A DNA stretch of 64,000 nucleotides from Candidatus Kapaibacterium sp. (lineage in GTDB: Bacteria; Bacteroidota; Ignavibacteria; Kapaibacteriales; UBA2268). The first letter of the stretch is position 1, and each line of letters opens with the position of its first letter. Below are positions 49,534 through 60,152 of this stretch, piece after piece. The position numbers and the translations under genes were made by a program. Below the pieces are notes generated by a model that ran no database searches, had not been told where the DNA came from, and was given only the letters and a program-made list of their open reading frames with translations. Location: NCBI GenBank assembly GCA_963665665.1, contig OY762428.1:3296001-3360000 (forward strand), given 5' to 3'.

Positions 49534-51744
49534 TCAATCTTTGGCTTTATTCAAAGGCAGTGTAATCATTACAAGGTTGCCTTCGTTGCCGCCGAATGTT
49601 TCGACTTTTATTGTACCGTTCATCATCCTGATATTTGACGAAGCCTTGGACAGCCTTAGCAGAATATCTTTCTTATCTTCTTTCAGGCCGTCAATAAGGG
49701 AGTTGATATTTTTCTTATAAACTTCTATCACACCTTCAACAAGTTCGTTACCTTCTTCAAAAATTTGAATTTCTGTAGCGCCTTCGTATGGATTTTCCTG
49801 GGCGGTTACCTGTATCATTGACTTATCTTTTCCTTCGGAAAGAGCATAATATATCTCTGAGAAAGTTTCGGTAAGCCTTGCCTTGTCGGCAACAGCCCCG
49901 GGATCGCCGCCTTCGTCCATAAGTTGAACATCAACCTGGCGTTCAATTTCCTGTTTCTCGAATTTATTGCCCAGCAGGTTCTGAGATTCAGATATAATAT
50001 TTTTCATCTTGACGAGAGAAAGCTCTGCTGATTCTTCCTCATCGCTGGCACTGGCCACATCGTCAATATCAGAAACGAATGTAAACAACTCCTCGGAACT
50101 CTTTTCGGCTTCGGATACGAACAGGTCATGTTCTTCTTCACTATCCCAGATTTTTGCAGATAGCAACTGCAGGTAACCCACAATACCGGTCAGGGAGTTC
50201 CTTAACTGGTGGCTGAGTTTTATCATAAAGTAGGATTTGAAAGCACTGGCCTCGCGGGTGAACTGGTCGGCAAGCTGATTTTGCTTGCGCCTGAGTTTGG
50301 CTTCTTCTTCAGCAAGTTTTTCAAGAGTTACATCACGGCCTATACAGTAAATGAGTTCATCCTCGGCCGAGTAAGTAAAGCTCCAGTCAATCCATTTATT
50401 CTCGCCACTAACAGATTTCATAAGGTAAACCTGGCGGATTGTCTGTTCTTCGCCGTTGCCAGTCATTACAGAAGCGAATTTTTTCCTGTCATCATCATCA
50501 ATGAACAGTTTGTCAATATTGTCGCCGATCATTTGTGCAGGATCAAGTTCAAATATTGTTTCCGATGCCGGGTTCATTGATTTCCAATTACCCTGCATAT
50601 CCAGTACGGAAATAATATCTTTTGAAGATTCAACAATACGCCTCTGAGATCTTGTCATTCTTTCTGCCAATTCAACAGCTCGTGCTTTCCTGGTAATAAC
50701 TGACAGCACGAATCCAAAGAACGCAAAGCTGATCAGGAGTGAAATAGCCAGTATAACATAAGGAAGTGACTGCTGGAAAGAACCTCCGAAATCCGGTATG
50801 GATGCGAACCTGACAAGCATATTCCTGTCTGCTACCTTCAGGACTTTTTCATTCATGAAAAGCGGAATACTTCCTTGCTTTTCTTCATCAATATTTTCTG
50901 ATTCATATACAATGTTCTCATCGCCGCTTCCCTTCAGGTCAATTACGCGGAACGTAATACTGGTGTCAGAAGCAACTCCCGAACCAAGAGCCATTTTGAA
51001 GAAAACAGGGGAATCAATTTCCAGGAGCAGTGCCCCGAGATAATTTTTTCTTCTGGATTCAACATCATTTGCAAGAGAATCTTTATAGTAAACAGGGGAT
51101 ATAAGGTAAAAACCGCTTGTATCAGGCTGCCTGATAGTATATACTTCCGTTGCCACCGTCATATTGCTGTCCCGTGCTTTGATAATAGCATTCCATGCAA
51201 TAGAATCAGTAGCATAATCAGTACCGTGCCTGTGCATATTCTTTTCAAGAGGAACAATATATTCAATAGGCATATAAAACGGCCTTACACCATCCGGCCT
51301 GAGTTGGAAATCATAGTAACCCTCGGATCGAACATAATAAACAAAATCATCGTACCAACTGTTTTCTACATAGGGGGCATAGGCGATGGTCAGGATAGAA
51401 GGATATGCCCTGATTGGTATCGAGGCATTAAGCTCGAAAATATCCCTGTTAACCTCTATATGCTCAAAATATAGATTGTTCATTGAAGTATGAACTTTTT
51501 TATCATCCTGAAATTTATAGTTGAGCCTTGTCATAACAGAAGTTACAGCTTTATCAAAAGCCTGCTGCCCGTCGCTTCGAACTTTCTGGTCCATAAGATA
51601 CCATGCTGCTATACTTGCAAGTATGGTTACCAGTAAAATAATATATGCAGGGTAAGTTTTTGATAAACTGAAAACGCCTTTTTTTTGCTTTGATGCCTGC
51701 TGAAGAATTGATTCGTAACTAAAATCAATTTTGTTGTCTGCCAT
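49534..51744 (-). CDS. Membrane CHASE-PAS-HisKA sensor with a degenerate HATPase domain
   Basis: 736 aa; two TM helices around a CHASE-like domain (PIEYIVP...HGTD...AIIKARDS); PAS (NPASE.IF, WIDW, GRDVT); H-box SHQLRNSLTGI; N, G1 and G2 boxes not recognisable. Confidence 0.8.
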   Translation of the reverse strand: MADNKIDFSYESILQQASKQKKGVFSLSKTYPAYIILLVTILASIAAWYLMDQKVRSDGQQAFDKAVTSVMTRLNYKFQDDKKVHTSMNNLYFEHIEVNRDIFELNASIPIRAYPSILTIAYAPYVENSWYDDFVYYVRSEGYYDFQLRPDGVRPFYMPIEYIVPLEKNMHRHGTDYATDSIAWNAIIKARDSNMTVATEVYTIRQPDTSGFYLISPVYYKDSLANDVESRRKNYLGALLLEIDSPVFFKMALGSGVASDTSITFRVIDLKGSGDENIVYESENIDEEKQGSIPLFMNEKVLKVADRNMLVRFASIPDFGGSFQQSLPYVILAISLLISFAFFGFVLSVITRKARAVELAERMTRSQRRIVESSKDIISVLDMQGNWKSMNPASETIFELDPAQMIGDNIDKLFIDDDDRKKFASVMTGNGEEQTIRQVYLMKSVSGENKWIDWSFTYSAEDELIYCIGRDVTLEKLAEEEAKLRRKQNQLADQFTREASAFKSYFMIKLSHQLRNSLTGIVGYLQLLSAKIWDSEEEHDLFVSEAEKSSEELFTFVSDIDDVASASDEEESAELSLVKMKNIISESQNLLGNKFEKQEIERQVDVQLMDEGGDPGAVADKARLTETFSEIYYALSEGKDKSMIQVTAQENPYEGATEIQIFEEGNELVEGVIEVYKKNINSLIDGLKEDKKDILLRLSKASSNIRMMNGTIKVETFGGNEGNLVMITLPLNKAKD

Positions 51745-51768
51745 TGTGACTCCAAAATGGAATATTCA

Positions 51769-52152
51769 TTAACTGTTTTTCTCGTTGATAACATCCTGAA
51801 CCTGCTGTGCGAAAGTAGCGGTATTGATTGGTTTGGGGATATAAGAATCAAATCCCATCTGCAGATATTTATCCCTGTCGCCTGCTTTTGCAAAGCCTGT
51901 AACAGCAATTATCGTAACATCACTTCCCCCATCAATAGCACGGATATACTCAAGTATTTCTGATCCGTTCAGGTCGGGAAGCAAAATATCAACAATCAAT
52001 GCTTTGGGGAGATTTTCCTTTAACCATTCCAAAGAACTTTTTCCATCTCCGAAATCAATTGTATCATATCCGCTTTTTTTCAGAACTGTGCACAACAGTT
52101 TACGAATCGGCCCGTTATCTTCAATTACACAAATCTTTTCTGTCTTGTTCAT
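51769..52152 (-). CDS. Single-domain response regulator (CheY/DivK-like)
   Basis: VIEDN, VDILLPDLNG (phospho-Asp), AVTG, YIPKP. Confidence 0.92.
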   Translation of the reverse strand: MNKTEKICVIEDNGPIRKLLCTVLKKSGYDTIDFGDGKSSLEWLKENLPKALIVDILLPDLNGSEILEYIRAIDGGSDVTIIAVTGFAKAGDRDKYLQMGFDSYIPKPINTATFAQQVQDVINEKNS

Positions 52153-52186
52153 TTGATTCTCTGATTTATATTTATAATGCTAACTA

Positions 52187-53590
52187 TCAATTTTCAACAA
52201 CAACAATTTCAACTCTACGGTTCTTTTGGCGTCCTTCTTCAGTATCATTCCTCGCTATAGGCTGCGTAGCACCCCTTCCGGTTGAAAGAATCCTTCTTCT
52301 GGGTATGCCTTTACTAACTAAATAATCCTTTACTTTCTGAGCTCTTTCCCTGGACCTGCTAAAATTCTGGGCAGTTGTTCCTGAGTTGTCCGAGTAACCA
52401 ACTATCCTGACCTCGAAAGACGGATTTGACTTTACTGTTTCAGCAACTTTATCTAAATAAACTTCCAGATCGCTATACAATTCAGTATCCGAAGGCCTTT
52501 GGTATGGAAATCTCTCTGTTTTGTTTGTTTCTAAAGCAATTTCTTCTCCTGGTTCGGCTTCTTCTGCCGGTAATTCAGGTTTTTCTGCTACTTCACCGGC
52601 GATCATAACGTCGGGAGGTGGTATATTTATTACGGCAGCAATAGGTTCCTTACGCTCAAAACCAGGGAAATTTACATCCCGTTCTTCGTCGAGCGAAGCA
52701 AGAATTTCTTCAGGAGCAACGTAATCCGGATTGAAGAACAATGTGTCCTCCCTGATGATATCCGGCCCGAATTTTATAGCCATGCCTGCCCTGAAAGTTA
52801 CTGCATTCCATGAAGAATTAAAATCAGATAAAATTGATGTGCCGGTGTGAATTGAAATATAGGGCGTAAGGTTTACCCTGATACGGTTATTAATATCAGC
52901 AATGTATATATCCCATCCTCCACCAAGATGCAAACCTAAACGTGTATTTATATCTGAAAGAGGCAGCTTCCAATCCTGAAGAATATCTCCTGAATTAACA
53001 AAAGTATGCCTTAGACGCGAATCATTGCCGATGCTGAACTCAAGATCGAGGCCACCAAATGCATGAAGGCCTTCGATACCTAAATTATATCTTACAGATG
53101 GTGATATACTCAGGTGAGTGAACGACATTATTGCCTGGTATTTCAAATCAAGTGTGTCCAGATGAGGAGGGTCGAATTCAGTCTGTGATGTACGGTAGTC
53201 GTAGAAATAAACCTTGAGCGCTCCGGCCCAATGCTTAAGCGGCGGAAGATACTCTACCATGAAACCAATATGAAGCCCGCTTCCCCCGCCATTAGGAAAA
53301 TTCATTAAGGGGTTTGTCTCATCTGATGGCCTGAGCGGGTTGGTTGGGATTTTAAGATCGTTGAAATAGTACTGGAAATTTGGCCCGGCCATAAAACCAA
53401 ACCAATAATCTCCTGCTCTGCGGTTTATTACCACAGTATCTTCTCTCGGAGTGATATACTCGTAATCAATTTCCCCTGCCGGTGCCTGTCCTTTGGCTGG
53501 CATTAAAGAAATTATTGGGAAAAAGAGAATTAATCCATATATTAAAAGTTTGCTCAAAATCGGTTTATCCAAAAACAGACTAAATTTCAA
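52187..53590 (-). CDS. OmpA family protein (barrel plus peptidoglycan-binding domain)
   Basis: C-terminal GYSD..G....N...S.ERA..V..YL..G, GR.KNRRVEI. Confidence 0.9.
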   Translation of the reverse strand: MKFSLFLDKPILSKLLIYGLILFFPIISLMPAKGQAPAGEIDYEYITPREDTVVINRRAGDYWFGFMAGPNFQYYFNDLKIPTNPLRPSDETNPLMNFPNGGGSGLHIGFMVEYLPPLKHWAGALKVYFYDYRTSQTEFDPPHLDTLDLKYQAIMSFTHLSISPSVRYNLGIEGLHAFGGLDLEFSIGNDSRLRHTFVNSGDILQDWKLPLSDINTRLGLHLGGGWDIYIADINNRIRVNLTPYISIHTGTSILSDFNSSWNAVTFRAGMAIKFGPDIIREDTLFFNPDYVAPEEILASLDEERDVNFPGFERKEPIAAVINIPPPDVMIAGEVAEKPELPAEEAEPGEEIALETNKTERFPYQRPSDTELYSDLEVYLDKVAETVKSNPSFEVRIVGYSDNSGTTAQNFSRSRERAQKVKDYLVSKGIPRRRILSTGRGATQPIARNDTEEGRQKNRRVEIVVVEN

Positions 53591-53793
53591 TTACAATTTC
53601 TTCCAATTTCTTAAATAACATATTTTGCTGAATATCAAAAATATTATTACCAATAAAGCATATTAAAGTAATTTTGATATAAATTATAAATAATTCAACG
53701 GAGATTTAAAAAATATAATGCTGATATCCTTATATAATTTGTTAACAAAATTTTGTATACAATGAGTTAAAAGATAAAGTGAAAATTCCTTAT

Positions 53794-54369
53794 TTACCTG
53801 TCAATTAGTATATATTTTGTTTTAGATCGGTGAAATTTATTTTTTTCATCACCAATAAATAAATCAATTTCAAATTTACTGTCGCTTACCAGTGAAAATA
53901 CTATACTGAAACTGTTCATTGATTTATCTATCATGTTCTGGAACTGGCCATTGAAGGTTATTGTTCTGGCTTTTCGGTCCAGCTTACCGTATGAAATAAG
54001 CTGATTAGTACTGACGTTGTCTATTGAATATAAGGAATACATTTTCCTGATATTGTCATACCCTATTATATATTTGTAAATCAGGGGATAAGAATCCATT
54101 TCTATTGCTGTTTCAAATTCAATATACCTGCCATCCATCAAAATTTTATTAATCGATTCACCTTTTCCATATTGAGGGGCTCCCTGATCAGCAAAAAGTG
54201 ATATCAGTACCCTGTATTTACCGACAAAATTCAGCAGTATGTTGTGTTCGGGGGCCGGCTGGGTGGATTTGATCTTTTCGATTTCCTGATTTAAGTTGTT
54301 TTGGGAAAATGATATACCGGATGCAATGATAAATAGTATTGCAGGAATAAATATCTTTTTAAAAAACAT
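53794..54369 (-). CDS. DUF1579-like secreted protein
   Basis: P.PEH..L..FVG, ILMDGRYI, IGYDN....Y..IDN pattern; signal peptide. Confidence 0.65.
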   Translation of the reverse strand: MFFKKIFIPAILFIIASGISFSQNNLNQEIEKIKSTQPAPEHNILLNFVGKYRVLISLFADQGAPQYGKGESINKILMDGRYIEFETAIEMDSYPLIYKYIIGYDNIRKMYSLYSIDNVSTNQLISYGKLDRKARTITFNGQFQNMIDKSMNSFSIVFSLVSDSKFEIDLFIGDEKNKFHRSKTKYILIDR

Positions 54370-54423
54370 AGTAACTCCGAAATTAAATTATTTTTTATTG
54401 TTAACGAAATAGTAATCACAATA

Positions 54424-55770
54424 TTAAAGCAATATTTCATCAAGTATGATACTTGCGCATTGATCCTTTGAAGCACGGGGAAAATTCTTCAGGGAATTGT
54501 CCTTTTTCAGAATTGTAATAGTGTTGTCATCGCCTCCGAATCCGCTACCTTCCTTATTAGCTGAATTAACAATGATCATATCGCAATTTTTTGATATCAG
54601 TTTCTTCCGGCCGTTTTCAACTTCGTCAGCTGATTCAAGAGCAAAACCTACAAGGAATTGTTCGTCTTTTTTCATTGAGCCGAGAGTTTTAAGGATGTCT
54701 TTCGTTTGCTTTAATTCAATTACCATTTTATCACCGGATTCTTCTTTCTTGATCTTGCCTTTTTGGGGATTAACCGGGGTATAATCGGCAACCGCGGCTG
54801 AAAGTATGGCAATATCGCTGTCTGGGAACAAAGAAGTAGCAGCATTATACATTTCTTCGGCAGATCGTACGCTGATTATGTTTACTCCTTCCGGGACGGT
54901 AATGTTTACCGGGCCGGAAACAAGGCTTACATCCATTCCCGCTTCACTGGCAGCTTTTGCTATTGCATAGCCCATCTTTCCGGAAGAATGGTTTGAGATA
55001 AACCTGACGTCGTCAATTCTTTCGATTGTTGGCCCTGCTGTGATAAGTATTTTTTTTCCTTTGAGTTTTGAAATGACCCCAAGATTTTTTTTCATTAGCT
55101 CAAGTTCATAATCAGCATTCCATTTATCTTTTTCAACGGCATCCTGCAATGTTTGATCCGGTTTTGCCAGAATTTCTTCAAAGTTTCCTTCTTTCCGTTT
55201 CCCTACTTTTTTCCGGAATACCTTTTTCAGATAATTTGTTATTGTTTCTAATTCAGGCAGACGTCCCTTTCCGCTAATGCCGCTGGAGAGCTCTCCCTCT
55301 TCGGGAGGAATAATTATTGCTCCATATTTTTTTAAAAGGCGAATGTTCCTTTGGGTAGAGGGATGCTGCCACATTGTTGAATCCATTGCAGGGGATATTA
55401 CAAGTGGCGAGTCCTGCGGGAGTGCTGTTGCAACGGTTGTCAGTGCCGTATCGCAAAGGCCGCTGGCCAGCCTGGATAAAGTTGTTGCCGAACATGGGGC
55501 AATCAGCATCAGGTCTGCCCAATGTGCAAGCTGTATATGCCAGGCTCCGTCACCCTGAAGAGATGGGTCGAACATATCAATAATTACAGGATTCCGGCTG
55601 GTATTGGACAGGGCTGCCGGTGCTACAAATTCTTTTGCCGACGGAGTCATGACAACGCTGACATGGGCATCGGATTTTATCAATTCTCTGACAATAAACG
55701 GAGCTTTATAAGCTGATATGGATCCGCTTACTCCAAGAATGATTTTTTTATTTTTCAGTATATTATCCAT
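54424..55770 (-). CDS. coaBC: Bifunctional phosphopantothenoylcysteine decarboxylase / phosphopantothenate-cysteine ligase
   Basis: GVSGSISAYK, HIQLA.WAD, PAM...MW, TAGPT.E.ID.VRFISNHSSGKMG, AAVADY, VGFALE. Confidence 0.96.
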   Translation of the reverse strand: MDNILKNKKIILGVSGSISAYKAPFIVRELIKSDAHVSVVMTPSAKEFVAPAALSNTSRNPVIIDMFDPSLQGDGAWHIQLAHWADLMLIAPCSATTLSRLASGLCDTALTTVATALPQDSPLVISPAMDSTMWQHPSTQRNIRLLKKYGAIIIPPEEGELSSGISGKGRLPELETITNYLKKVFRKKVGKRKEGNFEEILAKPDQTLQDAVEKDKWNADYELELMKKNLGVISKLKGKKILITAGPTIERIDDVRFISNHSSGKMGYAIAKAASEAGMDVSLVSGPVNITVPEGVNIISVRSAEEMYNAATSLFPDSDIAILSAAVADYTPVNPQKGKIKKEESGDKMVIELKQTKDILKTLGSMKKDEQFLVGFALESADEVENGRKKLISKNCDMIIVNSANKEGSGFGGDDNTITILKKDNSLKNFPRASKDQCASIILDEILL

Positions 55771-55847
55771 AATATTTCCGTTTTCAAAATTTTAGTATCA
55801 ACAAATATACATAATTGAGACGAAATTATTTTTGTTTTCAAGACGTT

Positions 55848-55882
55848 AAAAAAGCCTGCGAAATGTAATTACGCAAGCTTTA
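55848..55882 (-). terminator. Probable intrinsic terminator
   Basis: aaaaagc.tgcg...cgca.gctttt. Confidence 0.6.
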
Positions 55883-55905
55883 TTCAAAACATTATTCAGA
55901 ATTTT

Positions 55906-58146
55906 TCAATTGTTTCTTTCGTCAAGAACTTTTTTAATGCTCTCGGTGATTTTAGCAAGGTCAGAGGAAATATCCGAGTTTCTGTTGGTTATATTCCTGA
56001 TAACTTTGAAAGATGTGATAATGCTGTTTATTGCCTTGATCTGACTACTAACTGATGATTTAGCGTCTTTTGATAACATTGAAAGTGTTTTTGTATTGTC
56101 AAATACCATCTTGGCTTCGCTGCTTTGCTGTGTGGCAGCTTCCGAGATATTGCTGATCTTGGAATAAATATCCTTAATGCTGTCAGAAATTGTACTCATG
56201 CTTTCATTTACATTTTTTGCAAGTGAATTGCCCTGATTTGATAGATTTACACCCTTTTTAGTTTCGTCCACGGCCTCGCTTACATTCTTTCTTATATCTT
56301 CAACAAGTAAATCAATTTCTTTTGTCATTGAAGCTGTTTTTTCAGAGAGTAGTTTTACTTCATTTGCAACGATAGCAAATCCTTTGCCGTGATTGCCAGC
56401 TCTTGCTGCTTCGACCGATGCATTTAATGCCAGCAGGTTGGATTGCATAGAAATATCACTTATTGATTTTGTCATGGATGCGATTTTATCAACTAAATCT
56501 GAAATTGAATTGATCTCAATATTAATATCATGGATGCTTTTTGTTAAATCGTGGACCATTTTTACTATTTCATTGACGTCCTTTATTCCCTGCTCGGTTT
56601 TCGAAACATTTTCCATTGTAGAATCAGCTGCGCTAACTGAATTCTGAGATACAAGTTCAATACCCTTTGTAAATTCTCCGATGGAGGTTGCTGCATTATC
56701 GATATTAAGGTTCTGATTATCAATAATATTTCTAATATTTTTTACGGTTTCAATATAATCTCTGATTGACGTTTCCATTATTTCAACATTACTCTGCTGG
56801 TTTTGTACTGTATCCAGAAGTTGCGTGAATGTATTGCTCAACTGTTTCTGAACCAGGTCGGAAATTTCGGTTATTTCTTCAATATTGAAATGATGGCAAT
56901 TCTGAGGCTTGTTCAAACCATTAAAAATTGCTATAGCCATATCCTTGCAACTATTATATCCACATGCCGAACAATTATAAATATCATCTTCAGAGAATTT
57001 CTTCATACTTTTAAAGACTTCATCGAGCTGACTTTCATTGGGGATCTTTAAATAATTATTTTCCTGCAGATTTTTATAAGTCCTGCCATATAGGTTGTTT
57101 TTCCAGTATTTGTCAATATTTGATCCTATAGTTTCTTCTGTATCGGAATAATAATCGATTTTCGACCTTTTTCTTTTTTCAATCAGGTTTTCAATTTTGT
57201 CAATAGGTAAATCTTTAGTTAATGTACCCGTCCCACCGTTGCAACCGGCTTCACAATTAAGGCAGTCAACAATCAATGGGGCAACACCTTCCTGAATTGA
57301 TTGCATCAATGAACTTAGATAATGATAAATTGTTGGTACTCCTTCAATTTTTCTTGTCAGCTCAAAAATGTCCGGTACTTCTCTTGCTGCTGTTCTCATA
57401 AGCCCTCCAGGTGATGAGAACAGTGTTGCTCTTTCAGCAGAAGGGCCGTAGAAATCCAACTCGGGGTAAGACAATAAATTGATATTATTTTTATTTAGAT
57501 ATTTATCTATTGACTGGTATGTAATATTGTAATCACCAATACCTGTTTCATCGAATTCCCTTCTTTTGGCGTAGCAGGGTGAAATCACAACTATTTTGTG
57601 GTTTCTATATTCCGGAAAATATTCTTTTATCATTTTAGCACTGTGAAGCATCGGGCTGTCCGCAGGGGCAAGATAAGGGAGAAGTTCCGGCTGATAAATT
57701 TCGATATAAGTAACAATAGCCGGGCAAGGCTGGGCGATAACTGTTTTCAGATCGTTTTGCTTTATTGCTTCAAGATAGGATTTTATTGTTAATTCAGCTC
57801 CGAAACTAACATCAAAAAGAGCATCGATACCCAATGATCTGAACCAACCGTTCAAATTCAGATATTTATCGGGGAAATTGGCTGCAATTGCCGGAGCTAC
57901 TATTCCTACCATTTTTTCTTTTCTGCTTACGGCACTAAGGAATTTATCAAAATCATCAACTCCATACCTGGCATTATGTGTACAGGCATCTATGCAATTG
58001 CCGCATCCAATACACAGATCCGGATTTAAAGTAACAAAATTTCCACTGCCGTCATTACAGAATTTTACCGGGCATGCGCTAATGCACTGATGGCAATTAA
58101 CACACTTGTCCTCGTCCACCATTATTACCTGAGATAGCTTTGCCAT
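55906..58146 (-). CDS. [FeFe]-hydrogenase-like sensory domain fused to a methyl-accepting chemotaxis signalling domain (group C2-like)
   Basis: 2x[4Fe-4S] (CVNCHQC...CP, CIGCGNC...C); H-cluster-like motifs [27 protein letters not shown]; FeS motif CSACGYNSC...C; MCP hairpin [31 protein letters not shown]; no TM helix. Confidence 0.88.
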   Translation of the reverse strand: MAKLSQVIMVDEDKCVNCHQCISACPVKFCNDGSGNFVTLNPDLCIGCGNCIDACTHNARYGVDDFDKFLSAVSRKEKMVGIVAPAIAANFPDKYLNLNGWFRSLGIDALFDVSFGAELTIKSYLEAIKQNDLKTVIAQPCPAIVTYIEIYQPELLPYLAPADSPMLHSAKMIKEYFPEYRNHKIVVISPCYAKRREFDETGIGDYNITYQSIDKYLNKNNINLLSYPELDFYGPSAERATLFSSPGGLMRTAAREVPDIFELTRKIEGVPTIYHYLSSLMQSIQEGVAPLIVDCLNCEAGCNGGTGTLTKDLPIDKIENLIEKRKRSKIDYYSDTEETIGSNIDKYWKNNLYGRTYKNLQENNYLKIPNESQLDEVFKSMKKFSEDDIYNCSACGYNSCKDMAIAIFNGLNKPQNCHHFNIEEITEISDLVQKQLSNTFTQLLDTVQNQQSNVEIMETSIRDYIETVKNIRNIIDNQNLNIDNAATSIGEFTKGIELVSQNSVSAADSTMENVSKTEQGIKDVNEIVKMVHDLTKSIHDINIEINSISDLVDKIASMTKSISDISMQSNLLALNASVEAARAGNHGKGFAIVANEVKLLSEKTASMTKEIDLLVEDIRKNVSEAVDETKKGVNLSNQGNSLAKNVNESMSTISDSIKDIYSKISNISEAATQQSSEAKMVFDNTKTLSMLSKDAKSSVSSQIKAINSIITSFKVIRNITNRNSDISSDLAKITESIKKVLDERNN

Positions 58147-58422
58147 AAAAATAACCCAAAATAGTGAAATACATAAATGTTGTTAACTAAATATGCAAAT
58201 ATTTTGAATATCGAAAAAATAAAAATAATTCATATTGCCATAATAATTTAGTTTCAGCAATTATTTATTTCGGGTTCACAACAGTAGTGATAATTTCTTT
58301 CGATAAATATAAATGGGCAACATGAAATATATTATTATCTGTCGGTATAATAATTTTTCCTTGATTAAATCAACAAAAATTTTTAAACTGCATAGTCATT
58401 CCGAAAATTAAAGGGAATTGTT

Positions 58423-60135
58423 ATGTCAGAAAAGAAAAGATCACAACTTATCACGCACGAAGATTATTGGGCTATCTGGATTGGAGCCGCACTTATAATA
58501 ATCGGTATGCTGCTGTACATTCCCGGGCCGCCGGATGAAACTGCTGATTTCGACAAGCTTAATGAAAAAATGGCTAAGGAAGCATCCATAGCAGGTGACA
58601 GCCTGAAAACAATCGGCTGGTATGAAATACTATTCGAAAAAGAGGCAATCAAAGGCAGTTCGGAGCCTGTTGGAAAATTCCTTAAAAATTTATTATCAAA
58701 GCCGCATAAATGGAATAGCAACCCGATACATTCGTTTGTTATGTCTGATGATGCTGCCGATGAGAAAGCAGCATCACTTTCTGCCAGGCTTATTAAAGCC
58801 CGGGATTTGGAATTTCTCACTAAAAGCAAAGCTCTAAAATCACAGGAAGCTGCCATGAATGCAGGTTTCAGGGATTATGATCTTAACCGACAGGTGAGAA
58901 ATGACATTGACCGATGGATAATGGCCCGGGAAGAATTAAAAACAGTGGAAAAGAAAATACCTAAACGAGGGTATAATCAAATAATTTATTTGTTTTTCCT
59001 TGCGATAATTCTTGCAGGATTATTTGGTATCGGCATGATGGCCATGCAACATAATTTTATTAAGTTTTTTGCAGGTTTTTTCTTTATTTTTCTTATTGCC
59101 ACGATAGCTTATTTTATTGCTGCAAATCAAACAATGAGTGAATTAGGCCTGGGGTATGCAATTTGGGCAATATTACTGGGTTTGATAATCAGCAATACTG
59201 TTGGTACACCGAAATTGGTGAAATCTGCTGTACAAACGGAATATTTTATTAAAACCGGCCTGGTTCTTCTCGGTGCGGAAGTATTGTTCGAGAAAATCCT
59301 TCAAATAGGTCTGCCGGGGCTTTTAGTTGCATGGGTGGTTACACCGGTAGTTATTATTAGTTCTTTCACATTTGGCAGAAGGGTGCTGAAAGGAATATCG
59401 AATGAATTGAACATTACAATGAGTTCGGCAGTGTCTGTCTGTGGTGTTTCTGCGGCAATAGCAACTGCTGCCGCGTGCAAGGCGAAGAAAGAGGAGCTGA
59501 CCCTGGCTGTTGGCTTGTCTCTTATATTTACTGCCATTATGATGGTACTTATGCCTGCATTTATCAAGCTGACAAATATGGGTGAAATCCTTGGCGGCGC
59601 ATGGATGGGCGGGGTTATAGATTCTACCGGGGCGGTTGCGGCTGCGGGGGCATTTCTTGGGCCCAAAGCGCTTTATGTTGCTGCAACAATTAAAATGATA
59701 CAGAACATCCTGATTGGGCTGGTTGCGTTTGTTGTGGCTATATACTGGGCTGTAAAAATTGAAAACAAAGATTCCGGAACAAATACAAGCGCCATGGAAA
59801 TCTGGTACAGATTCCCAAAATTTGTTATCGGGTTTGCCGCTGCCAGTATTGTTGCATCAATAGTTTCTGCTTCGCTCGGATCGGATATGGCTTATACTGT
59901 TTTTGATAACGGGGTGATACGCGGATTTACAAAGGGCCTCAGGGGCTGGATGTTCTGCCTGGCGTTTACGAGTATAGGGCTTTCAACTAACTTCAGGGAA
60001 TTAAAAGAACATTTTAAGGGAGGCAAACCTTTCTGGCTTTATATTTTCGGCCAGACCTTCAACCTGCTGCTTACACTGCTGATAGCCTGGCTGGCATTTT
60101 ATATATTATTTCCCGGAATTACTAAACTGATTTAG
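58423..60135 (+). CDS. Putative sulfate exporter (YeiH/PSE) family transporter with a large soluble insertion
   Basis: EDYWAIWIG, EYFIKTGLVLLGAE, SVCGVSAAIA, GAWMGG.IDSTGAV, IW.RFPKFV.GF, F.SIGL.TNF. Confidence 0.88.
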   Translation: MSEKKRSQLITHEDYWAIWIGAALIIIGMLLYIPGPPDETADFDKLNEKMAKEASIAGDSLKTIGWYEILFEKEAIKGSSEPVGKFLKNLLSKPHKWNSNPIHSFVMSDDAADEKAASLSARLIKARDLEFLTKSKALKSQEAAMNAGFRDYDLNRQVRNDIDRWIMAREELKTVEKKIPKRGYNQIIYLFFLAIILAGLFGIGMMAMQHNFIKFFAGFFFIFLIATIAYFIAANQTMSELGLGYAIWAILLGLIISNTVGTPKLVKSAVQTEYFIKTGLVLLGAEVLFEKILQIGLPGLLVAWVVTPVVIISSFTFGRRVLKGISNELNITMSSAVSVCGVSAAIATAAACKAKKEELTLAVGLSLIFTAIMMVLMPAFIKLTNMGEILGGAWMGGVIDSTGAVAAAGAFLGPKALYVAATIKMIQNILIGLVAFVVAIYWAVKIENKDSGTNTSAMEIWYRFPKFVIGFAAASIVASIVSASLGSDMAYTVFDNGVIRGFTKGLRGWMFCLAFTSIGLSTNFRELKEHFKGGKPFWLYIFGQTFNLLLTLLIAWLAFYILFPGITKLI

Positions 60136-60152
60136 ATGAACAGGTGTTTATT

